DNA of 64,000 bases from Bilabrum cf. latius (lineage: Eukaryota): the NCBI GenBank assembly GCA_965178125.1, contig OZ237755.1, forward strand, positions 558,001 to 622,000, written 5' to 3'. Below the pieces are notes generated by a model, which saw only the letters and a list, made by a program, of their open reading frames with translations, was not told the DNA's origin and did no database searches. Both the position numbers and the translations under genes were made by a program. Below, piece after piece: positions 25,801 through 37,386 of this stretch (positions are counted from its first letter, which is position 1; each line of letters starts with the position of its first letter).

Positions 25801-26438
25801 TCGAGAACCTAAGGGCCACCACGGTGCTGCACCAGCAGCCACTGGTGGTGCCCATGCGGCTGGAGCTCTCGCCCGCGGAGGAGCAGACTGTCTTGGAGCA
25901 CCGCGACACCGTGTTCAGCAAGAATGGGTTCCGGTTTAGCGTGGACGAGGGCAAGCCCGCCGGCCAGCGGCTGTCCATGGTGGCCGCGCCCTTCAGCAAA
26001 AAGGTGCACCTGGGTGTGGACGACGTGCGGGACCTGGCCGCGCTCGTGCAGGATGCGGGCTTGAGGGCGGAGCGGCCGCCGGGCTCCCACGTCGAGGACA
26101 GCGCGAGAATCGATAGACATGGGGAGGGAGAGGGAGAAAGAGACGAAGCGAGAAAGGGAGGGGGTGGGACCGAGGGATAGGCAGGAGGGGGGCCTGTGGT
26201 GCGGCCGCCCAAGATCGAGGCCCTGCTGGCTTCGAGAGCCTGCCGAAGTGCAATCATGATTGGGAGATGGCTCAAGCGAGACCAGATGCGTAGGGTGCTA
26301 AGCGGCTTGGCCCGGCTGCACCAGCCTTGGAACTGCCCCCATGGGAGGCCAACGTTGCGCCACCTCGTCGACGTGAGGCAAGTGCTACGCAGACCAGCCT
26401 CAGGAGCCGTCGGCGCCGATCGGGACGAGCAGGACTGA
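22892..26438 (+). CDS. PMS2: DNA mismatch repair endonuclease PMS2 (MutL-alpha subunit), ~1153 aa, 2 exons (TAG=Gln)
   Basis: Exons 22892-22999 and 23085-26438. IQSG[TAG][80 protein letters not shown]. TAGs at 22946, 23454, 24555, 24768, 24819, 26178; ends TGA. Confidence 0.96.
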
Positions 26439-26715
26439 GGGTTTTGTGTTCGCCACGCTTGCGTCGAATCAGATTGGTCGTAGTTTGGCCTAGAACGAAG
26501 TCCTTCAATGGAAACGTGCACTTTGAAAACGAAGGTTCTATTTCTGGTTTTTGAGTTTGAGGGCAGTGACGTGCGGGGATTTCATTTTGTACAGCCCCGT
26601 TTGGGCCTACCCAAATAGTACAGTGAGTCCATACCCAGATCATGTGCTCATTGTTTAAGTTAGTTTGAACAGATTTGACGCATTTTAGGTAATTCGTGTC
26701 ATTAGCGCGCAGACG

Positions 26716-29700
26716 ATGGTGGCTGGCAGCCAGTCGAAGACAGATATTGTGGGGCATACTCCAGCAGCAAAGGAACCTGAACCCCCAACGTGCTTCCGCT
26801 TGTTCTGTCTATTTGTATGGACACTGTATCTGCGGAAGGTTAGGAAGCCAATGGCAACGGCGCTAGAGATTCTGGCCCCGGTTGCGGTCTCAGGGCTGCT
26901 CGCGGCCGTGTTTAGCGCGGTCAAGATCACGAATGTGCCCGCAGGCACCTACGTCGATCTGACACAGTCTACATCTACATTTCCAGTTGCAACTCTGGCG
27001 TCAGCTCTCACCCAAGACGTTCGGGGAGCTCCGTACCGGCTGGCTCTGACGCCGGGTGAATCCGAAGGTGCGGGGAAACTTGCGGAAGCCCTCGAAACGT
27101 TCTTCCCGGGAGTTCAAGCCAGCGAGTACCTCGGAAATGACTTTGCAGCGATCGACATGCGAGCAATGCGCACGATGCCGCCTGGGATGCCGGGTGCTGG
27201 CAACCGGTCCGCGGGTACCATTTCGCTTGAATACCAGGGATCTGCTGATATAGGGCGGCACGTAGACGGGACCAGGTACGGCTTGTCCGGCTCCGTTGAC
27301 CGAATCTACGCGGCTGTTGAGCTCGGGCAGTCCTTGTCGCAGGGATCGCCACGTGACGCGCAGCCGCCGGCGGAGGGAAGGTCGGCATATTTCGGGTACC
27401 AGCTCCGAGTGAACTCGAGCATGCTTCCCACCACGCTGAGGCAAGTTTCGATCCTATCCAGGGGGGTCAGAGAGAGCGTGCAGATCTAGTACACTTCGAA
27501 TGCGGGGGCAGACAGCACCGGAACTCTGTTCTCGGGAGACACGGGGCTGCCCATGGGTGTGCCGGGGTTCGCCCCCCTGCAGGCTGTTGTGGACCGGTAC
27601 GTGCTATACGAAGCAGCGCAGGCGCAGGCACCTGGGACAGGCGAGCAGGATATCAAAGCATCAGACGAGCCATCTGCGCTTTTCGAAGCCCCTCCTCTGA
27701 CGGGGGAGACCCTCATCGATGAGCCGGCGTGTCTGCATGCGTTTGCCAGCGCTGCCCTGCTTGGAGCGCAGTGGAGGCCGCAGCTGCTGCCACCCCAGTT
27801 TAGGAACAACCCACTGACCGGCCCGCAAGAATTCGCAGAGTACGCGACAGCGGCGCTCCTGGCAGCAGACCCCACGGACCAGGCTGCCGTTTTGAGGGGT
27901 TTCTACGGTGACTGTGCCCTCCCTCCGAACGAAGCCACCCTGACTCCATTCCCCAGCGCGGCATACCGCAACAACCTGTTCTTCTTCATCGCATCGGCGC
28001 TGTTTCCTCTTTTCTTTGTTCTGGCCATGGCAGTGCCTGTGAGCCAGCTGGTGCGTCTCCTCGTGGTTGAGAAGGAGACTAGAATGAGGGAGCAGCTGCG
28101 CATGATGGGCGTGACCGCCTGGTCCACCAACACTGCTTGGGTGCTCTGGTACATCGCTGAGATGGCCGTCTGCAGTCTGCTGTGCACGATCGTGCTGCAC
28201 TTCAGCGTGCTCTCGGAGAGCGATTTCCTGCTGGTGTTTGTGGTGTTCCTGCTCTTTACCGTCAGCTCCATCGCCCTTGCCTTCCTGCTTTCGACGTTCT
28301 TCTCGTCGTCCTCGACGGCGGCTGCGCTTGGAGCCGTGCTCTACATCGCGACATTCTTCCCGGCTTTCATCTTCAACTCTCCCAACGCAAGCGATGCCGA
28401 CCAATCCGGTGGCAAGATGGGAGCATCCATACTCGGCCCGACCGCCTTTGCCCTCACAATCGGGGAGGTCTACTCCTTCGAGGCCGGTGGCACCGCGGCC
28501 ACCTGGGGCAGGGTGGATGTGGAGGCGAGTCCCGGGTACACGATCAGTACCGGCATGCAGATGCTCGTGCTGACTATCGCGCTGTACTCGGTGCTGGCTG
28601 CGTACCTCGATGCAGTCATCCCGTCCGAGTTCGGATCATCCGAGCCGTTCTACTTCTGCTGCCTCCCCCGGTTCTGGAGCGGGCTATGCGGGTGCTGTGG
28701 CGGTAGGAGCGGCGTCTCTGCCCAGCAGTCAGGATCATCACAGGGCGTATCTGCTGGCGCAGCCGTCACTGCAATCACGTCCCCGCTCACGAAAAGCAGC
28801 CCCGCCGCAGCACCGGCCGCCCCTGCGACCGCCCTTGCGACAGGACCGTCGTATGGGACGGGCTCCAACGGACAGGGCCGGGCCAGTCCGATCGGACCGG
28901 GTGCCGCATCGCTTGTGGAGCCGCTCACAGGGTCTCAGCGGGCGGCTGTCGAGCAGCAGAGGTGCGTGCGGGTGCAGAACCTGCGGAAAGAGTTCTCGAC
29001 GCCGGATGGAATCAAGGTGGCGGTGGGCGGAGTATCCATGGACCTGTGCGAGGGCGAGATCAGCGTGCTGCTTGGGCACAACGGAGCGGGGAAAACGACC
29101 CTCGCAAACGTGCTCACCGGGCTGTACACGCCCACCAGCGGCTCTGCCTCGGTGTTCGGTGCCGATCTGCAGACTGACATGGCCGGAATCCGCAGGAATC
29201 TAGCATTCTGTCCTCAGCACGACGTGCTGTGGGACGACCTGACGGTAGAGGAGCATCTCGTGTTCGTGGCAGGGGTGCGTGGGGTGGACACGGCCAGGGT
29301 GCAGCGGGAGGCCAACGAGCAGCTGGCGGCGGTGCGGCTCGAGCACAGGCGACGCAACGGCGCGGGCGAGCTGTCCGGGGGTCAGAGGCGCAGGCTGAGT
29401 CTGGCCATGGCGTTTACTGGCAGCCCTAAATTCGCATTGATCGATGAGGCATCCAGCGGAGTGGATGCCTATGCTCGCAAGCAGATCCAAGAGTACATCG
29501 CGTCGAAGCGCGCCGGCCGCGTGATTCTGATGACGACCCATTTCATGCAGGAAGCCGACGCCCTTGGCGACACGATCGTGGTGATGGCTGACGGGCGACT
29601 CGTGTGCAAGGGGTCGAGCCTCTTCCTCAAGCAGGCCTTCAAGGTGGGGTACAATTTGACCTGCGTGCGAGCTGGGGCAGACGGTGCGTCCGGTAATGGG

Positions 29701-32700
29701 AAGGGTGCGGCCTAGGGCAGCGTGTCGACCCGCGCCATCCGACAGCTCGTGCAGTCGCATGTGCCCGATGCTCTCGTGGAAATCGACGGGGCCAGGGACG
29801 TCAGGTTCCGGCTCCCGCTTGACTCGCAGTCTTAGCTGCCTGCCCTGCTGCGCGCCTTGTCCGCCGAGGAGACGCGCGGCCCGGTGGCTGACTATGCGCT
29901 TGGTGTGACGAGTCTGGAGGACGTCTTCGTGAAGATTGCCGACGGGCACTACCCGCAGGGAAATGGCGACAACAGCAGCAGCGAGCCGACGAAGAAGCAA
30001 TAGCAGGAGGTGGCCGGCGCTGCAGCCAGCGGCGGTGCCGCGCTGTCTGCTGGTCCTGCTTACCAGGGCCTCCTCGGCGACAGCGGCGGGCAGAAATCCG
30101 TGGCTGCGGCAGGAAACGATGAGGATAAAGCCCCGGCGGTGCACCCGTTCCAGCAAGAGGACAGGGAGGCGCTACTGCAGGGCAGTGCGCTGCAGTGGCT
30201 GCAGGCGGGGGCGCTGATTCTCAAGAGGTACAGGTCCACGCTGCGGGACCTCAGGGCGCTCTTCTTTATCGTTGTCATCCCGCTATTCGCCCTTGCGATT
30301 GGCTTGTTCGTGGTGAGGGGTCCAGCCCCGTTCCAGCCCAAGTCGTTCGTGCCCTCCACTAGCTTCTACAATGGCGGCAGGCAGGGCGCGCCGATCCTGT
30401 TCGGACAAGGGCCCGGGACGCTCGCCAACGACACGTTCGGGCTGATCCCGGCCGGCAATGGCTCTGCCACAGCCATGCCACTCGACATCGTCCCCGGCCC
30501 GGATACCCCTGGCACGACGCTGCTATCTCGCTTGCAGAACGCGTCAGACTACCTGCTTGCTACGTTAGACGAGAACGAGCTGTCGAGGTACGGTGCCTAC
30601 ATGCTGACCGAGGTGAACCAGAGCGCCACAACAGGGCCTGTTTAGTCTGTTTCGTACTCTCTGCTGCACAACACGACGGCGTTCCATGCAATCCCGGCGT
30701 ACATGTCAGTGGCACACTCGGTCTTGCTGCAGCGCCTGACGAACGGGTACTTTGGCCCAGCACCACTGGTGCAGTCGAAGGTAAACCCGCTGCCGTTTAC
30801 CAGGGGGTAGCAGGGCGTAGCAAACGGCGTGTCGGCGGTGAATGGGGCAGTCATCATCGTGATTGCGTTCGCGTTTGTGCCTGCGTGCTTCGCGGTGTTT
30901 GTTGTGACGGAGAGAGAGACTGGGTCCAAGCACCAGCAGCTCGTGTCAGGCCTTAGCACCCCAGTGTACTGGGCCACCACGTTCGTGTGGGACAACCTGT
31001 CCTACTTTTTGACCGCCGTGGTGAGCTTCCTCATCATATATGCATTCGACATCCCCGGCATCTCGAGGGGAGGTTCTCTGGGGCCCGTGGCGATGCTGCT
31101 GCTGCTGTACGGGTCGGCGTCTGCCGCTTTCGTGTATGCCGTCGCGCCGCTGTTCGGGTCCGCCTCGCAGGCGCAGAACTACGTGCTCTTCATCTTCCTT
31201 CTTGGGGCTCTTCTGATGATGGCATCCTCGGTGATGGCTACGCTGCCGAGCACTTGCAAGGCAAACGACGCGCTCAAGTACATATTCGGTCTGCTGCCTG
31301 GATACAGCATGGGCACGGGGCTGGTGCAGCTGGCGCAGCTCGACTCCATCCGTGCCACCAGGGCGCAGTGTTTCGGCGGCATCCCTTCCACGGATCAGGT
31401 GCAGCCGTTCGATTGGCTGGGAGCGGGCAAGGACGTGACCTACTTGGCGTGGACCACCTTGTTCTATCTGGCAATTGCGATCGGAAACGATTACGCCCAG
31501 GCTTACGCGCCAGCCCAGCGGTTCCTGTCTCAGGTTGCCGCCGCGATCGATTGCGTCTTTTGCAACGTGCTGTGCTGCGGCCGCTGCTACTGCTTCCGAG
31601 CCTGCGCCTCCTGCATTGGCAGCTGCTGCGGCTTCGGGAAGCCCCGGCCGGGCAGCGCCGGCGCAGCTGCGGAGGATACCGCGGCTGATCGCGCACAGAA
31701 GGGGGGGCTCTAGCGAGAGCTCAGCTCGGCCGGTCCTGACCCCGCCGTCCAGGCCGAGCAGACCAGGGTGCGCGGCCGCGCGGCCGGCGGGGCCTCTGGC
31801 GATGTGGTTGTCATTGACGACCTCCGCAAGGTGTATGAGTTTACCAAAGGCGGGGGCAGGTCTGAGCAGATCGTCGCCGTTGACAGCATCACCGTCGGTG
31901 TCCGGAAGGGGGAGCGGTTCGGATGGGTGGGTGCCAACGGGGCAGGCAAGACGACATCGTTCAAGTGCATCACGGGCGATATCGCCCCATCGTCTGGTAC
32001 GGTTCTGGTGTCCGGCCATGACGCCCAGACCAACGCGCCCGAGGCCAGGAGGTGCATGGGTTACTGCCCGCAGTTCGATTCGCTGCTCCCCAGCCTTACC
32101 GTCAAGGAGCACCTGGAGCTGTACGCGGCCCTGCGTGGATACCCAGACACGGAGACTATCGACAAGGCGGTCAAATCGAGGATCGATGCGTTTGGCCTGG
32201 GGGAATATCCTAACCGCCTGGCAACCACGCTGTCGGGCGGCGGCAAGCGCAAGCTATCCGTTGCGATCGCCACGCTGGGCAAGCCGGACGTGCTTCTGGC
32301 CGATGAGGCCAGCACGGGAATGGATCCTGCCGCCCGTCGGCGCATGCGCACGGCTCTACAGGCCCTTAGCGAGCAGGGGTGCGCGGTAATCCTCACCTCC
32401 CACAACCTAGACGAGGTGGAGAGCTTGTCCCAGCGTATTGGCATCATGGTGGACGGCAGGTGGGCCGCTCTCGGGACACCCTCCGAGCTGCAGCGCAGGC
32501 TCGGAGATGCGTTCCTGCTAGAGGCCAGGGTAGACTCTCTGAGCGAGTCGTAGGCAGACGCCGTCGCGGAGCAGATGCTCGGCGCTAACGTTGCCAAGGC
32601 GATCATCGGCGGGGCGGCCAGCGACGCAGTCGTTCCCGACACGATGCTAGGGGAAGCCTGCCTCTGGCTTGCTCGCGGCGATGCTGCGGCTGGGCAGTGG

Positions 32701-33618
32701 CTCTCCGAGGAGATCAAGGCCGGGGGCCGCGGGGAGGACTTGGCTATGGGCATGCGGCCGTACGAGCTGGAGGGGGGCGCGGAGGCAACGGGTGCTTCTG
32801 CTGCTTCTGCTGCTGCTGGTGCTAGTGACGGTGCTGGGCCCGGTGGCTTCGAGCGATAGGCCAGGCAGGGGAGTGCAGGCAGCGTGGGTTCCGTCAGCTC
32901 CCAGAGAACAGACGGTGGCGTGCTGGGCGGAGCAGGTGGGCCCAGGGCATCGGCCATTGGCGCCGCTGAGCTCGCTGCGTGGGCCTATGACGAGCTTAGG
33001 TCGGCTGAGCTGTGCAACTTCGTTGACGCTCTCAGCGGGCGCGGATTCCTTCAAACGGAAGAGTCTGTGGCTGCGCTGAAAGCCTCTCGGACTGCCAGGG
33101 CGCTCGTCGCCGGGTCTCCTCGCGCGGGATCGAGCCCGGGAGGACGTGAAATCTCAACTGCCTCCCCCCTCCCCTCTGCTGCACCGGCCTCCAGCGGACC
33201 TCTGTCCAAGTTTCCGCCTAAGCGCTCGACGCTGTCCGAGCGGGTGGGTACCTTGCACAGGTTCCGTGTGGATCGACGCGTGCGCGGCGCCCCTGGTTCC
33301 GCTGGACCCTCCGACGCGACGATGGACAACACGCTTGCCGACATCTTTGAGGCTCTCGAGGCGGTGCGAGCCGAAAATGCGCTTGGGGGCAGCAGATCCA
33401 GCAGTGGTGCAGCTGAGTCGAAGGAGATAGGAATGGGAAGGAGTGGGGGCCGGGTGTAGGTAACGAAGAGCAGGGTTCGGTAGCTGGTGGAGGACGCCCG
33501 GTCAGGGGCGGTGGGGGCGGAGGGCCGCGTGGCGGTGCAAGAGTTCTGCGCGAGCCCGGTCACGCTCGAGCAGATCTTCAATTTTCTGTCTGCTGCCGCA
33601 GAGGATGCAAGGGACTGA
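26716..33618 (+). CDS. Full-size ABCA-subfamily ABC transporter (TMD-NBD-TMD-NBD), 2300 aa, intronless (TAG=Gln)
   Basis: EKETRMREQLRMMG, Walker A GHNGAGKTT and GANGAGKTT, signatures LSGGQRRRL and LSGGGKRKL, TSLEDVF, HNTTAFHAIP, ERETGSKHQQLVSG, terminal TLEQIF. 11 TAGs (27487, 29713, 29833, 30001, 30643, 30808, 31711, 32551, 32857, 33457, 33481); ends TGA. Confidence 0.94.
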
Positions 33619-33725
33619 GATAGCTAGCGCTGCCATGACGAAGAGCACCCAGGTTGTTTCTAGTGCGCTGTTCCGGTTTTATATCAGATTCATTGAGGAT
33701 CGCAACGAGACACACTTTTCCCGCA

Positions 33726-36700
33726 ATGATGCGTCTTTACAGGCTAGCCCTCATGATTTCATCTTGTTTAGCTGGGAACTAGCTTGACTGGTCGTATGGC
33801 TGGAAGTTTAATGCTGGAGACGCAGCCGGCGCACCGGTGTGCAACTTTGAAGAGGACTTAACTGGTCAGCAGTGCGAAGGTATACGGTACACTGGTGAGG
33901 CATAATTGAAGCCATCTTTTCAATTTTATCCACTAGATTGCCCAACTCCATGTCTTTGGAAGGCCACTATTTGTTTTGGTGCAGGTAATGGCAGGAAAAA
34001 CCCGAGTGACTGCCGGCTGTACTGCTGCTCCCGCCCCGACTGCTACGCTTGGTAGTGGGGGGTTCTGTCAGAATACGGTTCAGCTACCGGTTGCTACTTT
34101 GTAGTTGATGCACCGCCCAAATGTTCGCCGTACGGCGTTGAGGCTCCGAAAACGAACCTGACAGGAGGCTTACGTCGTTCCGTCCCCCCCGAGCCGGCAA
34201 CGTATCCGTACAGCGCCCCAAGCTACGACGACTCGCACTGGGACACGGTCTAGGTACCGCACGACTTCGTGATCGGCCATAGTTTCAATAAGAGCGCGGG
34301 CCAGTGGCACGGGTACATCAACCGCGGCCCTGTGAGCTGGTACCGCAAGATGATCAAGATGCTTCCGGAATGGAAAGACAGCGCGGTGTACGCCCATTTC
34401 GAGGGCGTCTACCACAAAGCCGAGGTGTGGGTCCAGGGAAAGCGCGAGGGAACGTTCCGCTCCGGATACCTTCCTATCGTCGTGCGGCTCGACGACAAAC
34501 TTGAAGCAGGTGCAGGTGCTGATGGCACGGATGAGGTGACCATCGCGCTTAGGCTGGATGCTCGGTATGGCTCTGGCCACTGGTACGAAGGTGGTGGAAT
34601 CCGCAGGCCGGCATGGCTCGAGATCGTACCCAAGTCCTCGTGCTCTCTCCTGCCCACCTCTGGCGGTTTCCTATACGCAAGTGATCCGACGGGCGAGGAC
34701 GAAGACGTGGTCTTCAATGGCACGGCTTGGGCCTAGAATCTGCTCCCAGGCACCCAGTGCGCCGTGAAGGCTCGGTTCACCGTCAGAGGTCCCGGAAACA
34801 GTACCGAGGTAGTCGCGACGGGCACATCAGACACATTCCGCGTGGATTCGGGCAAGAACGCCTCCGCTTCCGTTCAGTTCGGCGTATCGGTTGACTCGGC
34901 ATCGGGGGCTCCCGCAGCCAAGCTCGCGCGGTGGTCCGTCAACCACGCGGCACTATACCAGGTATCGGTTGAGCTCCTGGACGGCTCCGAGTCCGCTCGT
35001 GCAGCGGATGCCCTCGACAGCGTGGGATTCTCGTTCGGGCTCCGCAACTCGACCTGGAGCCCCGATGGGTTCCTTCACCTGAACCAAGGCCTCGTGAGGC
35101 TCCGTGGCTTCTCGGACCACGACGATTTCGGGGGCGTTGGTGTGGCCATGCCCCCTCGCGTTCACCTGTACAAGATCTAGGGCATCAGGGCCATGGGTGG
35201 CAACACCCGCCGCCAGAGCCATAACCCTCCAGCCGTGTCGCAGCTGGACATTCTGGATCGGACCGGCACGCTCACGTGGGATGAGAACCGAGACTACGTC
35301 TTTGACGGGGCCAGGTACATGACCCAGCTCGTGCGGCGAGACCGAAACCACGCGAGCGTCATCGTTTGGTCAAGCTGCAACGAAGGCGAGTGCAGGAACG
35401 ACCCGCAGGATGGCAACAAGACTACGCTGGACTACTTCGGCAGGGTCCATCACGAAGATCCATCCAGGCCGACGTCAGCCAACCTGAACCCGCAGTCTTC
35501 AGCAGCGTTCCAAGACCTGGTCGACGTCATGGGCTACTCGCATCGATCCGCAAAGGATTTCGTCGCCTACCACAACGCTCACCCCAGCAGGCCACTCGTC
35601 GCTTCAGAGAGCAGCAGCTGCCAGACGCAGCGAGGAGAGAATGCGATGAACCAGAGCGCAGGCGTGTACTACCCCCTGTGGAACGGGGACTGCATGCAGG
35701 AGTGCTTGGAGAGAAGCTATGTGCTGCCCTACGTGACAGGAATGCTTGGCATCTGGACTGCGTACGACGTGAGAAGTTGAGTGCTACCTGCTTGATGAAC
35801 AGATTGGCAGGCAGTCCCGGGCGCCCTTGTCAAACAGCCCTGCATGTGCCCACCTGCGCCTGATAGTATCAATGCTAGCACTTTGCACTGCAGCTGCAGG
35901 GGCCGACAGCATGATTTTGTTTGCTTTGCCCGTCTCTTGTTTGACCTCGCAGTATCGCGGAGAGCCTCGACCGTACTGGCCTGAGGTCACATCATCGTAC
36001 GGCTAGTACGACCTGAGCGGATTCGCGAAGCCAGCAATCGGCTTCTACAGGTCCTGGTTTCTGCACAACGCAACGTCGGACGACCCCGGGAAACCGCGCG
36101 TGATCGTGCCGGAGGGTCGCCGCCATGCAGTGCAGATCGTGGAGGAGTGGGATCCGGAGTCGCCGCCGCCCAATGGCACCATTCACGTGTTTACTGACGC
36201 GCCGGGGATCCGGCTCGAACTCAACGGACACATCCTTGGCGACGCGAAGCTGAATTCTCAGTACGGCTGGGTCCAGTTCGACTCTGTGCCGTTTGCGCCC
36301 GGGAATCTGACGGCCGTTGCTCTGAACGAGGCGGGCGAGCCAGTGGAGCCAGCGGCGGCAAATCGGCACACTCGCCGCAGTGCACAGCCAGACGCGGGTC
36401 CGCTGCGCCTGCAGCTGTCTGTGGATGCGCCAAGCCCAAAGACAGGCACAGGCAACGCATTGCTCCTCGATGGACATGACGCCGCGCTGCTGCGGGTCAC
36501 GCTCGTGGACGCAGCAGGTGCTCGCGTGAACCAGGGCAGCAGGCAGGTAAACTTCACGCTAACTGTGACGAGTGGACCCGCTGCAGTGCTGGGCGTGAAC
36601 AACGGTGACGCCACGAGCACAGAGCCGGACACTGCCTCGTGGCGCACTACCTACCATGGCCTCGCTCGCGGAGTGGTACGAGTGAACGCAGATGCCACGA

Positions 36701-37017
36701 GCCTAGGTCGATCAGAAGCGCTCCGGTCGCTGCCGCAGCTGCAGGGCACAGTGGAGAGGTGGGCGCCGGGCAGGGCTGAAACCGCCGTTGTGATGCCTGG
36801 GAACGAGCGGGCGTTTCTCGATCGGGCTGGCAGCGTCGTCACGGTTCGGGTGGACTGCGCTCCGATGCAGCCCACTTCATTCGCGCAGCAGGCGTGCGCA
36901 TCGGGCAGCGTGCTCGGCTCGGCCGTCTCGTTCTCAGTGTCCACCGACCCGGGGGCAGGCGTGCTTGCCGCGGCAGCGTCCCAAGTCCCGACGGCGGATG
37001 GCTTCGACAGCAGCTGA
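33726..37017 (+). CDS. Secreted glycoside hydrolase family 2 (beta-galactosidase-like), ~1005 aa, 3 exons (TAG=Gln)
   Basis: Exons 33726-33894, 33985-35768, 35953-37017. GWKF..GD, DDSHWDTV[TAG]VPHDF, FEGVY, WYEGGGIRR, SHNPP, RDRNHASVIVWSSCNE, DYRGEP..SSYG[TAG]YDLSGFAK. TAGs at 33780, 34053, 34251, 34734, 35178, 36004; ends TGA. Confidence 0.92.
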
Positions 37018-37386
37018 AGTGGTCACCAGAAATACAGAAATACATTGTTGGGTAAAGATTCCATAAGCACCCAGATGCACCGTCGCCCCAGAAGGGGTTT
37101 GGGTGATCACCTAGATCCAGAGGAGCCCTAAAACAAGGACTACAAGACCCCCGACCCTTTCAGGCCAAAGGCCCCCCGTTCTCAGCCTATGCCGCCGAGT
37201 TCCCATTCTTCGCCATCAGTGTGGTCCCCCACAGGCCCCCAGCCTGTTGCCTGTCACCCCTGGCCTCTATTGTGACGTGCTGATTAACCTCCATTGATCT
37301 CGATTTGCACTGCCTGTTTCACTACCTTTGCCGCTTAGTCTATTATCGGGAGCGATGCTATTATTCATACCTTCCCCTGATACACA

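Noticed and set aside
26716-33618. TAGs as acceptors of small introns
   Set aside because: No matching GTRAG donors, the frame is preserved, and the segments that would be skipped contain conserved motifs.
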